Shown one piece after another: positions 1 through 9,637 of a DNA stretch of 64,000 nucleotides (the first letter of the stretch is position 1; every line of letters starts with the position of its first letter). The notes beneath the pieces were generated by a model. The model was given only the letters and a program-made list of their open reading frames with translations. It made no database searches and was not told the DNA's origin. Position numbers and translations under genes: made by a program. The stretch comes from Candidatus Woesebacteria bacterium (GTDB taxonomy: Bacteria; Patescibacteriota; Microgenomatia; UBA8517): the NCBI GenBank assembly GCA_016432365.1, contig CP066686.1, forward strand, positions 938,918-1,002,917, read 5' to 3'.

Positions 1-12
1 CTGTGAAATAAA

Positions 13-444
13 ATGGCCAGAAAAGTAAAAATAGTCGTCAAAATCAACTTGAAGGCAGCTGAGGCTACCCCCGCTCCTCCTGTGGGAACAGCTTTGGGAC
101 AGCACGGTGTAGCCATCATGGAGTTCGTTAAGCAATATAACGACAAAACTAAAGATCTCAAAGGGCAAGTTGCCCCCGCCGTCATTACGATTTACGATGA
201 CCGTAGCTTTACTTTTATAATCAAAAGGGCGCCTGTTGCCGACATGATCAAAAAGACTCTAGGTATAGAAAAAGGTGCAGGCAAAACCCCCAGGGAAACC
301 GCAGGAACGTTAACCAAAGAACAAATTCGCAAAATTGCCGAGGAAAAATTGGAAGACCTTAATACAAAAGACGTTGAAGCGGCAATGAAAATTGTTGCCG
401 GAACAGCGAGAAGTATGGGGGTTAAAACAGAAACTAGTAACTAG
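13..444 (+). CDS. rplK: 50S ribosomal protein L11
   Basis: ATPAPPVGTALGQHGV and C-terminal AGTARSMG motifs; upstream of rplA. Confidence 0.98.
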   Translation: MARKVKIVVKINLKAAEATPAPPVGTALGQHGVAIMEFVKQYNDKTKDLKGQVAPAVITIYDDRSFTFIIKRAPVADMIKKTLGIEKGAGKTPRETAGTLTKEQIRKIAEEKLEDLNTKDVEAAMKIVAGTARSMGVKTETSN

Positions 445-467
445 TAGCTAGAATCTAGTATCTAATT
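433..467 (+). repeat. Degenerate 7-nt tandem array (nCTAGwA x5)
   Basis: ACTAGTA ACTAGTA GCTAGAA TCTAGTA TCTAATT spanning the rplK stop. Confidence 0.8.
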
Positions 468-470
468 TGT

Positions 471-1277
471 ATGGGGAAAACTAAAACATCATTCGTAGGA
501 GAAGACAAAAACGAAAAGAAAAGCCACCTTGCTCACAAAAGTGAGGAGGGTAAAGTTCATGTCGCCGGACTCAAAGGCGGACAAAGAGTAAAAGTGGTTG
601 ATGCCGCCCCAACCGAAGAAGCTCCTATTTTTGAAGATGGCGCAAACCCAGAAGTGTCTGTGGTAAAAGCCAAAAAGAAAATTGTAGAAAAAATCAGGTC
701 CGTAAAGTATAAAGACGCCAAAAAGAAAATTGAACCTGGTAAAACTTATGCAATCGAAGCGGCAATTAAATTGGTAAAGGAAACTTCATATTCCAAATTT
801 GACGGAACAATGGAAGCCCACCTTGTACTTAAAAAGGCCGGGATTTCGGCCCAAGTTACCCTCCCCCATGCCGCAGGACGTGAGAAAAAGGTAGAAATTG
901 CATCGGATGAAACAATAGAAAAATTAAAGTCCGGAAAAATAGATTTTGATATTTTGATTGCAACCCCTGTTATGATGCCAAAACTTGTTCCCTTCGCGAG
1001 ACTCTTGGGACCCAAGGGGCTTATGCCAAACCCCAAAAACGGAACACTTGTAACAGATCCCAAAAAGGCCAATAGCTTCTCTGCTGGAACAGTTACTCTC
1101 AAAACCGAAAAAGAAGCACCTCTTGTTCACACAGTCGTCGGGAAAAATAGCCAAAAAGATGGGGAAATTGCAGACAATCTTAAAGCAATTTTCAAAGCTT
1201 TCGGAGGCGATAAACAAATCGTCCGCGCCTTCATTAAGTCGACTATGTCTCCAAGTGTCAAAGTGGAGGTCAAATAA
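471..1277 (+). CDS. rplA: 50S ribosomal protein L1 with N-terminal extension
   Basis: LGPKGLMPNPKNGT, KFDGT and KSTMSPSV motifs. Confidence 0.97.
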   Translation: MGKTKTSFVGEDKNEKKSHLAHKSEEGKVHVAGLKGGQRVKVVDAAPTEEAPIFEDGANPEVSVVKAKKKIVEKIRSVKYKDAKKKIEPGKTYAIEAAIKLVKETSYSKFDGTMEAHLVLKKAGISAQVTLPHAAGREKKVEIASDETIEKLKSGKIDFDILIATPVMMPKLVPFARLLGPKGLMPNPKNGTLVTDPKKANSFSAGTVTLKTEKEAPLVHTVVGKNSQKDGEIADNLKAIFKAFGGDKQIVRAFIKSTMSPSVKVEVK

Positions 1278-1283
1278 CTAAAT

Positions 1284-1487
1284 CTACTTTTTTTGTTCCT
1301 TAATCCCGTTTATTTTCTCAAGTATCGTCTTTTTTCTATCTTCCGGGAAGCTTTTGGGGAGATTTGCATTCATCCAATCCATTATTTCTTCATCGGTTGC
1401 GGTTCTAAAATCAAAAACTTCCTCATCGTCATCTTCCAACAAAAATCTAAAATCCGCTGTAATTCCCTCGTTTTTAATTTTATTCAT
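1284..1487 (-). CDS. Small acidic hypothetical protein
   Basis: 67 aa; ATGA overlap with the upstream ORF and a GGAGG SD. Confidence 0.7.
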   Translation of the reverse strand: MNKIKNEGITADFRFLLEDDDEEVFDFRTATDEEIMDWMNANLPKSFPEDRKKTILEKINGIKEQKK

Positions 1488-2320
1488 ATTCCTCCTTTTG
1501 GTACGAGACCTGACGCTTCCGCTTGTGCGGTAAAGGATTTTACCACAGATTCGTCCAACACTCTTCCAAAAACATCCAATTTTACCCCTTTGTGGTCATA
1601 ACTTGGAACCTCTACCATAAAACACCCTGCCACTACATGTTGCCCCGTGCCCGCAGCAGCTAGCAGTTCATCCCGTTTTTTGAACATCTTTGTGACAGTT
1701 TCGGTTTCCAACATTCTCGAACCAACCCATGCTCCCTGAGATGTAACGTTGCTTTCGTTAAAAAACTCAACCGACCCCTTTCCGTCACCTGTCGATTTTA
1801 ACTGAATCAAATTTATGTGACGAACCCCATTTTCTTCATAGTCTAATATAAAATCTGTCCCACTTGTTGCGTCGTCGGACGGAGAAGCAAAAAAATCTCT
1901 AATCTTCATATCACTTTTTTTAATTGACTTTTTAAGCATGTCGGCAAAAGTTAAATTCGACATCCAACCTAAAAGTACTCTTTTACCAACCGTATCAGTC
2001 AGCAACTTTAATTTTGAAGACAGGCCTCTTTCTATTTCACTTTGTCTGTGCTCATCTGAAACTCGGCTATCTTCGCCCAGTAAATGCAGAGTTACAGCAA
2101 ATTCCTGGCTAAGAAGCGATCTTCGCTTAAACCATTCAACCGAACTCGGATTTTTAACTCTTACTAAGTTTTTTGCATCCTCAGCAAACTCCCTGCCAAG
2201 CCAGTCCACCAAAGTGTCATCGATTATTTTCAGCTCTGTTCTCTCCACAGGAGTCTTAACCTCCCAGGCCCGAAGAACGTGTGTAAAATTTTCTACCGCA
2301 TCAAATGTATCTACTGCCAT
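1484..2320 (-). CDS. Hypothetical protein, possible PD-(D/E)xK-like nuclease fold
   Basis: Long ORF; DDATSGTDFIL...LIQLKS motif; likely start MAVDTF, 7 nt after a TAATCT -10 box. Confidence 0.6.
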   Translation of the reverse strand: MAVDTFDAVENFTHVLRAWEVKTPVERTELKIIDDTLVDWLGREFAEDAKNLVRVKNPSSVEWFKRRSLLSQEFAVTLHLLGEDSRVSDEHRQSEIERGLSSKLKLLTDTVGKRVLLGWMSNLTFADMLKKSIKKSDMKIRDFFASPSDDATSGTDFILDYEENGVRHINLIQLKSTGDGKGSVEFFNESNVTSQGAWVGSRMLETETVTKMFKKRDELLAAAGTGQHVVAGCFMVEVPSYDHKGVKLDVFGRVLDESVVKSFTAQAEASGLVPKGGI

Positions 2321-2456
2321 CCTGTAAAGATTACAACAGCAACAACCTAATGGCAAGAAGACGACTATTTCAGCTGACCATGGCGCCATTGATCTTTGCA
2401 GCCTTCCCATAGTATAATTCCCCCTGTACGTTATCTTATTTTGTAGAGGTGATAAG

Positions 2457-2756
2457 TTGAATTACAAGAAACTGCTTAAAATAGCCACAGATCTTACACA
2501 ACCCGTCATTGAAGCTCTGGCAGCCGGAAATCCTGTTGAAGGGCCAACAAAGAGTCTCTTTAACAAACTAAATGACGAGGACCAGCCGGATGAGAAAGCC
2601 GCCCGAAATATTGCCTTGTTTCTTGGGGGCGAAGTTGAAAAGTTGAAGGACAACGAGAAGTATCAACGTTTACTGTGGTACGACATTTCTTTTGAGGCTA
2701 AAGAGCTTGGTAAAAATAGATACACAGTAATAATGTCCTACAGCCGCCAGTTGTAA
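2457..2756 (+). CDS. Hypothetical protein
   Basis: TTG start after GAGGTG SD; TATAAT upstream. Confidence 0.65.
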   Translation: MNYKKLLKIATDLTQPVIEALAAGNPVEGPTKSLFNKLNDEDQPDEKAARNIALFLGGEVEKLKDNEKYQRLLWYDISFEAKELGKNRYTVIMSYSRQL

Positions 2757-2869
2757 CAAAACCAGATACCGTGAGGTTTAATCAACAATAAACCCACGGT
2801 ATCTAAAAAACTCCTCCAATTTACCATAAAACAATTGCATTTTCGTAGATAAAAGTGTAAATTTTCTAT

Positions 2870-3097
2870 ATGGCAGAAGGCGGAGACAATGATAGTAAGT
2901 TTATGAATGCTGCTGACCTTCAAAATTTTTGGGCAGAGAAAGATGTCGAAACAGCCTCCACCGCTCCGATAAACATAGGTAAAGCTCAAGAACGAGTCGT
3001 CGCAGGGCAAAAAACAGCAGTTGCCAATCCCACGGGACTTGAGGAAGTTACTGCCAATGCGGCAAAAGTCGCAAAAGAACAGCGCAAAACCACCTAA
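2870..3097 (+). CDS. Hypothetical protein (leaderless)
   Basis: ATG about 6 nt after TAAATT with TTGCAT -35. Confidence 0.6.
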   Translation: MAEGGDNDSKFMNAADLQNFWAEKDVETASTAPINIGKAQERVVAGQKTAVANPTGLEEVTANAAKVAKEQRKTT

Positions 3098-3104
3098 GTA
3101 GTCC

Positions 3105-3232
3105 TTGATTCCATCTCCCCGCTTTGCTATACTAGCCCCTAGTCCGAAGAAAGTGTGTAGGGAAACCGTAATTCGCACTGGAGGAAGCTAATTTCTTCAG
3201 TGTTGGCGCCCCTTCACCATTTTCAGACAAAA
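3105..3232 (+). promoter_or_regulatory. rplJ promoter and L10-leader-like RNA
   Basis: TTGATT-17-TATACT, then CCGAAGAAAGTGTG...CGCACTGGAGG resembling the L10 leader core. Confidence 0.65.
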
Positions 3233-3234
3233 AC

Positions 3235-3753
3235 ATGTTAAAAGCTCAAAAAGTTACATTTGTAGAAGATCTAACAGGAAAACTGAAAGACGCCAAATCC
3301 TTAGTCCTTGTTAACTATTCCGGACTTAACGTCAAAGCCCAACAAGACCTAAAAGAGAAGCTAAACACGGCAGGAGCCCGCATGGTCGTAATTAAGAATA
3401 CCCTGCTTAAGAGAGCCGGCAAGGCGGCTAAAATAGACGAAGGAATGTTGGAAGATACAATCCTCCAAGGACAAACAGCTCTGGTAATTTCTAGTGAGGA
3501 TGCTGTCGCCCCCATTCAAATATTGGGGAAGTTCGCAAAAGAAAACGAAGTGCCAAAGTTTAAAGTAGGCATTGTTGACGGGATGTTCCAAGATACAGCC
3601 TCTCTGACAAAACTTTCTACGCTTCCGGGACGAGATGTTCTACTAGGACAGCTCTTGGGAAGCCTTATGTCGCCGATGTATGGACTTGTGGGAACACTTA
3701 GTAGCCCAATGCAACAACTCGTTTACACTTTAAATGCAAAGGTTAAAAGTTAA
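3235..3753 (+). CDS. rplJ: 50S ribosomal protein L10
   Basis: YSGLNV...VIKNTLLKRA, LSTLPGR; precedes rplL. Confidence 0.97.
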   Translation: MLKAQKVTFVEDLTGKLKDAKSLVLVNYSGLNVKAQQDLKEKLNTAGARMVVIKNTLLKRAGKAAKIDEGMLEDTILQGQTALVISSEDAVAPIQILGKFAKENEVPKFKVGIVDGMFQDTASLTKLSTLPGRDVLLGQLLGSLMSPMYGLVGTLSSPMQQLVYTLNAKVKS

Positions 3754-3852
3754 AAGGCAAAATTTCAAGTAAAAATTAATAACCAGCTTCGCTGTCAAAA
3801 ACTTTTTACTTTTGAATTGAATTTTTGAATTTTGATTTTTGAGTTTTAAATT
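3746..3852. repeat. Inverted 7-nt array hairpin between rplJ and rplL
   Basis: A-rich arm AAAAGTT AAAAGGC AAAATTT... then T-rich arm TTTTGAA TTTTGAT TTTTGAG TTTTAAA. Confidence 0.8.
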
Positions 3853-3871
3853 AGAATTGAGGTGAATATAT

Positions 3872-4276
3872 ATGGCAGAAGAAACAACAAAAGAAAATAA
3901 AGCAGTAGAAAAATTAGTTGAAGAAATTGCAAAGCTTAGTGTTTTGGATCTTTCGGAATTAGTTAGCGCACTTCAAGAAAAACTTGGAGTTTCCGCTATG
4001 CCCGTAGCAGCCGCAGCGGCACCAGTCGCCAGTGGCGAAGCAGCTCCAGCAGCTGATGAAGGAGGTCTTAAAACAGTTGTCATGACAAACGCAGGAGGAA
4101 ACAAGATTGGTGTAATCAAAGCGCTTCGTGAGATTAACCAGAACTTAACCTTGATGGATGCAAAAGGAATGACAGAAGCGGTTCCTGCAGAAATTCTTAA
4201 AGATGCAAAAGCAGAAGATGCAAAAAGCGCTGAGGAAAAATTGAAAGCAGCCGGTGCAACAGTAGAACTGAAGTAA
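3872..4276 (+). CDS. rplL: 50S ribosomal protein L7/L12
   Basis: Ala-rich hinge, KIGVIKALRE, LKAAGATVELK; GAGGTG SD. Confidence 0.98.
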   Translation: MAEETTKENKAVEKLVEEIAKLSVLDLSELVSALQEKLGVSAMPVAAAAAPVASGEAAPAADEGGLKTVVMTNAGGNKIGVIKALREINQNLTLMDAKGMTEAVPAEILKDAKAEDAKSAEEKLKAAGATVELK

Positions 4277-4282
4277 CAAATT

Positions 4283-4326
4283 ATCCCGCAATGTTTACAC
4301 TTTGTGATAAAATGCGGGATTTTTTG
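4283..4326 (+). terminator. Intrinsic terminator of rplJL
   Basis: ATCCCGCA...TGCGGGAT followed by T tract. Confidence 0.75.
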
Positions 4327-4434
4327 TGGGTGGAACTTCGTGAAATGTTTGGGTGTGAAATAAGGTCGTATTTTCACGAAATGGTGGATAATTAAGTTGA
4401 TCAAAATTAATATTAAATACCCTATTTTCGGCTT

Positions 4435-5328
4435 TTATTGTAGAAGATAATTTATAACCTTTTGAGCTACATTGATTGTTGTTGCCTTTTCAAACCCCTC
4501 AAACTGACAGGATCTATTGACCTCCAAAACTATCCATTTGCCCTCGATATTCCGCATAAGATCTACCCCACAATAATCAAGTTTGAATAGTTTGACTGTG
4601 TTTGTGGCTATCGAACTTGCCTCGGAATCTTCCCCTATTCTATATTCTTCTACCAGTCCACCCTGAGAAAAATTACTTAGGAAATTTCCCGGCTTGGCCG
4701 TCCTCTTCATGGCACCAACGATTTTTCCGCCCAACATAACAACCCTCAAATCTACCGCGTTCGGCAAAAACCTTTGAAAAAGTAGGGCTTTTACTTTAAA
4801 GTTTGAATTAAATTTTTTAAGAAGTTCGTCAAGTTCGTTATCATTTGAGATTTTGAAAACACCCGTCCCGCAACTTCCTATAACATCTTTTGCGATAAAT
4901 GGATAGTTACTTTTGCCCCATTTAACGAGCTCCTCAATTGATGCAAAACTAAAGCTTTCGGCAACAGGCAATCCTACCGACGACAAATTAATATATTGTG
5001 TTGTTTTGTCCAAAGACGGCCACTTATCGTATGACATTTCGTTCAGGATTTTTGTTCCCTTGGATTTATACCATAAAAGGATTGCGGTTCTTAAAGGGTT
5101 GTACATACTGTCCTCTCCCAGCCCCCTTAAAAAAATTCCTTTTGGAATTGGCATTTTTTCACCCTTTAAATTGAGCTCCATTCCGTCATTTGAATAAACA
5201 ATATTTATATCTTTGTAATGGATCACCCGAAGATCAACATTAAGTTTATTAGCCTCTTCACTTAATCTTTTTGGGGCGTAGGCCATCGGCCCTGTTGTAA
5301 ATAAAATTATATCGCAATCAAAATGCAT
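4435..5328 (-). CDS. RimK/LysX-family ATP-grasp ligase
   Basis: DLRVVMLGG, SNFSQGG, GVDL, LEVN; probable start MHFD. Confidence 0.9.
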   Translation of the reverse strand: MHFDCDIILFTTGPMAYAPKRLSEEANKLNVDLRVIHYKDINIVYSNDGMELNLKGEKMPIPKGIFLRGLGEDSMYNPLRTAILLWYKSKGTKILNEMSYDKWPSLDKTTQYINLSSVGLPVAESFSFASIEELVKWGKSNYPFIAKDVIGSCGTGVFKISNDNELDELLKKFNSNFKVKALLFQRFLPNAVDLRVVMLGGKIVGAMKRTAKPGNFLSNFSQGGLVEEYRIGEDSEASSIATNTVKLFKLDYCGVDLMRNIEGKWIVLEVNRSCQFEGFEKATTINVAQKVINYLLQ

Positions 5329-5341
5329 AGTCGGTATTGTA

Positions 5342-6277
5342 CTACATTTTAGAGGAAAAATTGGTAATAAGTGCCATAAGAAAAACATCTCTGTTTTTCA
5401 TCTCCCATTTAGGGAAACCTATCTGGTCGTTAATTTCAAATATCAGAGGAGTCCCCTTCTCATCAATTCCAAAGTCCAAACTAAACATCGGGTTGTCGTA
5501 TTCATCATAGAATTTTTTGGATATTACTCTGACTATTTTTTTGACAGATTCCGGGACTAGCCCGTAATCAATTTCCGTTAAATTTCCACCTTGGGCGGCG
5601 TTTGCCAAAAACGTTCCCGGGGCAGGAACTCTTACGTGGCACCAGGCAACCTTCCCGTTAACAACAACAATCCGCAAATCATGTTTGCCGGGTGTTATCC
5701 CGGGGATGCCGTTTGCTGTATCAACAAATTCCTGCAATATGAATTTGGTATCTTCTTTTTCGGGTTTAAATTCTTTGAGTTTTTCTTTTGAACCTATAAA
5801 AATTCCTTTACCGCGCAATCCGTTGTAAGGCTTTAGAACTATGGTTTCTGTAGAGATTTTACCCAATAGATCAAAGACGTTTTTGTATTCCCCAACCCAT
5901 AAAGTTTTTGGCATATACTCTTCAAGTATTTGATATGCCTCCCACTTATCGCAGGTTAACTCCTTAAATTTTCTGCAGTTAACAACTCTTAAATTATCAT
6001 TATTTCTTGGCGGAAAATCCAAGTCGCCTACCCAGTCGAAAACCAAATCAATTTTTATTTCATTTTCCAATCTCTCAAATGTCCCATTTTTAAATAACCA
6101 GACACCGTTAAATATTCCGTTCCCAATATAGGTTTTTTTTGTTAAAACATAGACTTCCCAACCTTGATTTTGACAAAGTTCCAGGAGCCGAATATACACG
6201 GGTCTTTTAACGGAAATGTGACTAAGAGGGTTATCTCCCACAAAATCTTTACCGAAACACATCCCAAATCGAGTCAT
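5342..6277 (-). CDS. ATP-grasp protein (YheC/D/RimK-like)
   Basis: VLKPYNGLRGKGI, ILQEFV, DLRI, ANAAQGG, FEIN. Confidence 0.88.
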   Translation of the reverse strand: MTRFGMCFGKDFVGDNPLSHISVKRPVYIRLLELCQNQGWEVYVLTKKTYIGNGIFNGVWLFKNGTFERLENEIKIDLVFDWVGDLDFPPRNNDNLRVVNCRKFKELTCDKWEAYQILEEYMPKTLWVGEYKNVFDLLGKISTETIVLKPYNGLRGKGIFIGSKEKLKEFKPEKEDTKFILQEFVDTANGIPGITPGKHDLRIVVVNGKVAWCHVRVPAPGTFLANAAQGGNLTEIDYGLVPESVKKIVRVISKKFYDEYDNPMFSLDFGIDEKGTPLIFEINDQIGFPKWEMKNRDVFLMALITNFSSKM

Positions 6278-7170
6278 TTTGAAAGTTTCTTGTCTAAAAA
6301 TTTAATCAACTCCGATATTTCCGGACTTACCGATGTGTCGTAATTAAATCCCGGTCCGCGGTTTACTTCAAATATGTAAGGCTTTCCTGTATCCTTTTCG
6401 ATAGCCAGGTCAACCCCAGCGATTTGAATATTCAGACACTTTGCAGCATTAACTGCGATTTCTTGCATCTCGGGACTAATAGAAACTACGTCAAGATATC
6501 TTTCGTATTCATTCATATTTGAATAATTTAATTTTAATTGAGAATAGTCTCTTGGAACTTTTGTATGTACGACTTTTACTTCATCTCCGAGTACTAACAA
6601 TCTGTATTCGCTCTCTAACGGAATATATTTCTGGAAAAGATATTTTGCAATTCTGCCTTTTTCTCCAACTTTTTTCGGCAAATCTTCAAATTGTTTTTTA
6701 TCGCTAATTGCATAAATTCCTGTCATGTGTTGCCCGACCAATTCTTTTGCAACAATCGGAAAACCCAACTCCGAAATAATATAGTCTTCATATCTTTTGA
6801 TATTAATACCCATACAAAATATTGTAGGCGGAACAGGAATGCCACCAATCGAAAGTTTTAAATAAGAAGTAAGCTTATCTCCGGCCGCCCCGATTTCACT
6901 AAAACTTCTGTCAAAATAAGGAACCTTGAGTTTATCTAAACATCTTGCCAAACTTCCCGCCAATGCAAAATGCGAATGGTCTGCACGACGGATATACACT
7001 AGGCCAAAATCTGAGATATTGACACCCTTTACCAGGACTTGGAGGTTACTTCCGTTTATATCAAACAATAGGTCCGTAAATGTGGCTATTATGGCTCCCG
7101 ATTTTTCCCCTAAAATTTCTGCCTTCGACCCAATTTTATCGAACAGGATTAACGTTCTTTTTTTTGTCAT
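6274..7170 (-). CDS. RimK-family ATP-grasp ligase
   Basis: GDKL, IPVPPT, FQKYI, EYRL, AGVDL, FEVNRGPG. Confidence 0.9.
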   Translation of the reverse strand: MTKKRTLILFDKIGSKAEILGEKSGAIIATFTDLLFDINGSNLQVLVKGVNISDFGLVYIRRADHSHFALAGSLARCLDKLKVPYFDRSFSEIGAAGDKLTSYLKLSIGGIPVPPTIFCMGINIKRYEDYIISELGFPIVAKELVGQHMTGIYAISDKKQFEDLPKKVGEKGRIAKYLFQKYIPLESEYRLLVLGDEVKVVHTKVPRDYSQLKLNYSNMNEYERYLDVVSISPEMQEIAVNAAKCLNIQIAGVDLAIEKDTGKPYIFEVNRGPGFNYDTSVSPEISELIKFLDKKLSK

Positions 7171-8459
7171 TTTGTATAGTCATCAACCTTAACCAAAAAA
7201 TTTTGCAGGTCGCGGCGGCCAATTATCATGGCATGTTTGAGCCCGCGACGCCCAGCAATAGTTCCGACTGTGTTAACAAGACGCCCTGCTAAATAATACC
7301 TTAAATTGATTGTGGGGCGCATCTCCGAACCCATGGAGGTCGTGACTTTCTTCTGCCAAAGTATGTTCTCCTTAGTTAAAAGTCCCAAATTTTCGGCTAA
7401 TTCCTTATCTATTGAACTATTCCAAGCCCCAGTATCGACTTTCGCCAAAACTTCTACTTTCTTTTTATCCCCGGTTATCACCTTCACCGTTTCCTTGGTT
7501 CCAATTGTCTTAATGCCCTCTTCCAACTGTTCTGCATCTTGATATCTCCCGGCGAACAAGAGTTTGGCGATTCTAACTCCATGATTAGCATCGGTAATTT
7601 CCAAATCATCTACTCTGTCAAGTCTGCGTCTTAACCCCTCACCATTTGCAATTTGAATCTGAAGTCCCGGCTGAGCGTTCATTTCGAGGACCATTGGGCC
7701 CTTTTCCGGATGAATAACGATATCAATTCCCGCATAACCAAGTCTAGAAGCTATTGAAGCATTTACTGCGGTCGTAAGAACCAAATCCCAATTGGGTATC
7801 TTTATTCCTCGCAACTTCTTCTCAGTTCCCGGTTTGAATACAATTTGATTCCCGTGCCAAATCGCTTTTGTCGTAATGCCCGTTGCAATATCAACACCAA
7901 GTCCCAAAGCCCCCTGATGCAAGTTAGCCCTACCTCCGGATTCCTTTGTCGGCAACCTAAGCATTGCCATAACAGGTATTTTATTAAAAACTATTACCCG
8001 GACGTCGGGAGTCCCTCTATATGCCCATTTTCTAAATGCTTCGGCCCTACCCACATATTCCTGCGCAAAAGCAACATCAGGTTCGTTTCCCATTGAATAG
8101 GCACCTTCGAGAATATCTAGAGTGTGAAGTTTCAGATCTGCTGTCGTTATTTTTTCTTTTTGAGTAGTCAACCACACGCCGTCCTTAAGCTTCTTTTTTA
8201 CAACTACTATCCCCTCTCCACCTAAGCCACGACTGGGTTTGAGTGCAAACCTGTCGGGAAAACTATCCCAATCAAAACTTAAAATTTCTGTAGGATCTCT
8301 AAATATTTTTAGGATTTTTGGAGACGGAACCCCGACTCTTTTTAAGATCCTTTCTGTTTGAATCTTAGAATCGGCAATCTTTTTACCTCGTGCGGTGTTG
8401 TAGCGGTATGCATACAATTGAGTGCGGGCATTTAGACCGAGAATGGAAGAGATTTTCAT
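7167..8459 (-). CDS. Alpha-L-glutamate-ligase-related ATP-grasp fused to a retropepsin-like protease domain
   Basis: AMLRLPTKESGGRANLHQG and LEMNAQPGL; C-terminal AKVDTGA...IIGRRDL. Confidence 0.9.
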   Translation of the reverse strand: MKISSILGLNARTQLYAYRYNTARGKKIADSKIQTERILKRVGVPSPKILKIFRDPTEILSFDWDSFPDRFALKPSRGLGGEGIVVVKKKLKDGVWLTTQKEKITTADLKLHTLDILEGAYSMGNEPDVAFAQEYVGRAEAFRKWAYRGTPDVRVIVFNKIPVMAMLRLPTKESGGRANLHQGALGLGVDIATGITTKAIWHGNQIVFKPGTEKKLRGIKIPNWDLVLTTAVNASIASRLGYAGIDIVIHPEKGPMVLEMNAQPGLQIQIANGEGLRRRLDRVDDLEITDANHGVRIAKLLFAGRYQDAEQLEEGIKTIGTKETVKVITGDKKKVEVLAKVDTGAWNSSIDKELAENLGLLTKENILWQKKVTTSMGSEMRPTINLRYYLAGRLVNTVGTIAGRRGLKHAMIIGRRDLQNFLVKVDDYTK

Positions 8460-8467
8460 AATTTATA

Positions 8468-8586
8468 AGTCAAAAGTTAAAAGTCGAAAGTCAAAAATAC
8501 AATTCAAAATTATAAAATTTCTGAAGCTGATTTTGACTTTTTAATTTAAATTTTGACTTTTGCATTTTGATTTTTAACTTTTAATT
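8468..8586. repeat. Inverted 7-nt array hairpin
   Basis: AAAAGTT AAAAGTC GAAAGTC AAAAATA... / TTTTGAC TTTTGCA TTTTGAT TTTTAAC TTTTAAT. Confidence 0.85.
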
Positions 8587-9461
8587 AGTTTTCTGAATCT
8601 ATAAAACTCCATTACCCGGAGGCCAGTATATCTACCAAGGATCAAATCAAGCACAGCTACTCCTACTAGAGAAATCTCGGGGTTGAGGAGAACAAAAGAT
8701 TGCAGCGGTTTAAGTGTCAGGAAAAAGAACGATATAAAAGAGATTAAAAGAGTTTCAAAAGTCAGATTGGCCGCAGTTTCTACGCTTTTACCCAACTGTA
8801 CCCGGGTAAAATCTTCGGCCAAAAGAATCATGATTAGAACCGCAAAAATTGAAACGTTGGCTAGATCGGGAAATCTGATCAGTGGGGCTGAAAACAAAAT
8901 CCCCAAAACTCCAAACACAACTGCCCAAAGAATCAATGCCATACGGGGCAAATATTGCAATTTGATCTTAACTTTACGAAGAATCATACGCATAGCAGTT
9001 GAAACCGCAACAATTACAAGAAACAGTCCAATTCCTACAATTGGCCCTGTAGCCACAAAAACTACGGAAAGAGCGGCGGGAAGAAAGATTCCAAATCCCC
9101 TAACCCCAATCACGTTGCGCGTGAAGGCTATTACGAATGCAACCAAGGGTAAAAGAAGTAGAAGAACAATAGTATTTGCAGGAACCCCCGCAGCAATCGC
9201 TCCTCTTATGGCGTATTTTACGGGGTTTGTTGGCCAAACTGAGCCCAATTTTTGATCTTTAAGTATGGTTTCGAGTGGTCCCAAAGATTCCTGTGATTTT
9301 TGGGTAATATCCACACGTGGTGCCTCGGGCGTGGGTGCTGCTGAAGGGGTCGCTGTTTCAGTGACAATTGGGCTAGGCGTGGGAAGATCCCTGGCAAAAA
9401 TCGGTGCAGGCACAAAAAGAAGCCCTGAGGCCACGAACAATGTAGCTACAAACTTTCGCAT
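8574..9461 (-). CDS. 7TM domain protein (7TM_transglut-like, ATP-grasp-associated)
   Basis: RNVIGVRGFGIFLP, LQYLPR and GRYTGLRVMEFYRF motifs; signal peptide; multiple TMs. Confidence 0.88.
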   Translation of the reverse strand: MRKFVATLFVASGLLFVPAPIFARDLPTPSPIVTETATPSAAPTPEAPRVDITQKSQESLGPLETILKDQKLGSVWPTNPVKYAIRGAIAAGVPANTIVLLLLLPLVAFVIAFTRNVIGVRGFGIFLPAALSVVFVATGPIVGIGLFLVIVAVSTAMRMILRKVKIKLQYLPRMALILWAVVFGVLGILFSAPLIRFPDLANVSIFAVLIMILLAEDFTRVQLGKSVETAANLTFETLLISFISFFFLTLKPLQSFVLLNPEISLVGVAVLDLILGRYTGLRVMEFYRFRKLIKS

Positions 9462-9543
9462 GGGTTAATTTCTCTAAAGAGTACGTATAGTATACCATTT
9501 TCCCCTGCCAGACTGCCAGTTTCAGACAAATCACCCTGTAGTC

Positions 9544-9631
9544 TTGACTATAAAGCATAACTAGCTATAATTTGACCTTCAGTAATAGCTCATTCACATT
9601 TGTGAAATTAAAAAAATATATCCTGAAAGGA
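9544..9631 (+). promoter_or_regulatory. sigma70 promoter, boxA-like motif and SD
   Basis: TTGACT-16-TATAAT; GCTCATTCACAT; CCTGAAAGGA. Confidence 0.6.
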
Positions 9632-9637
9632 TGCCCA

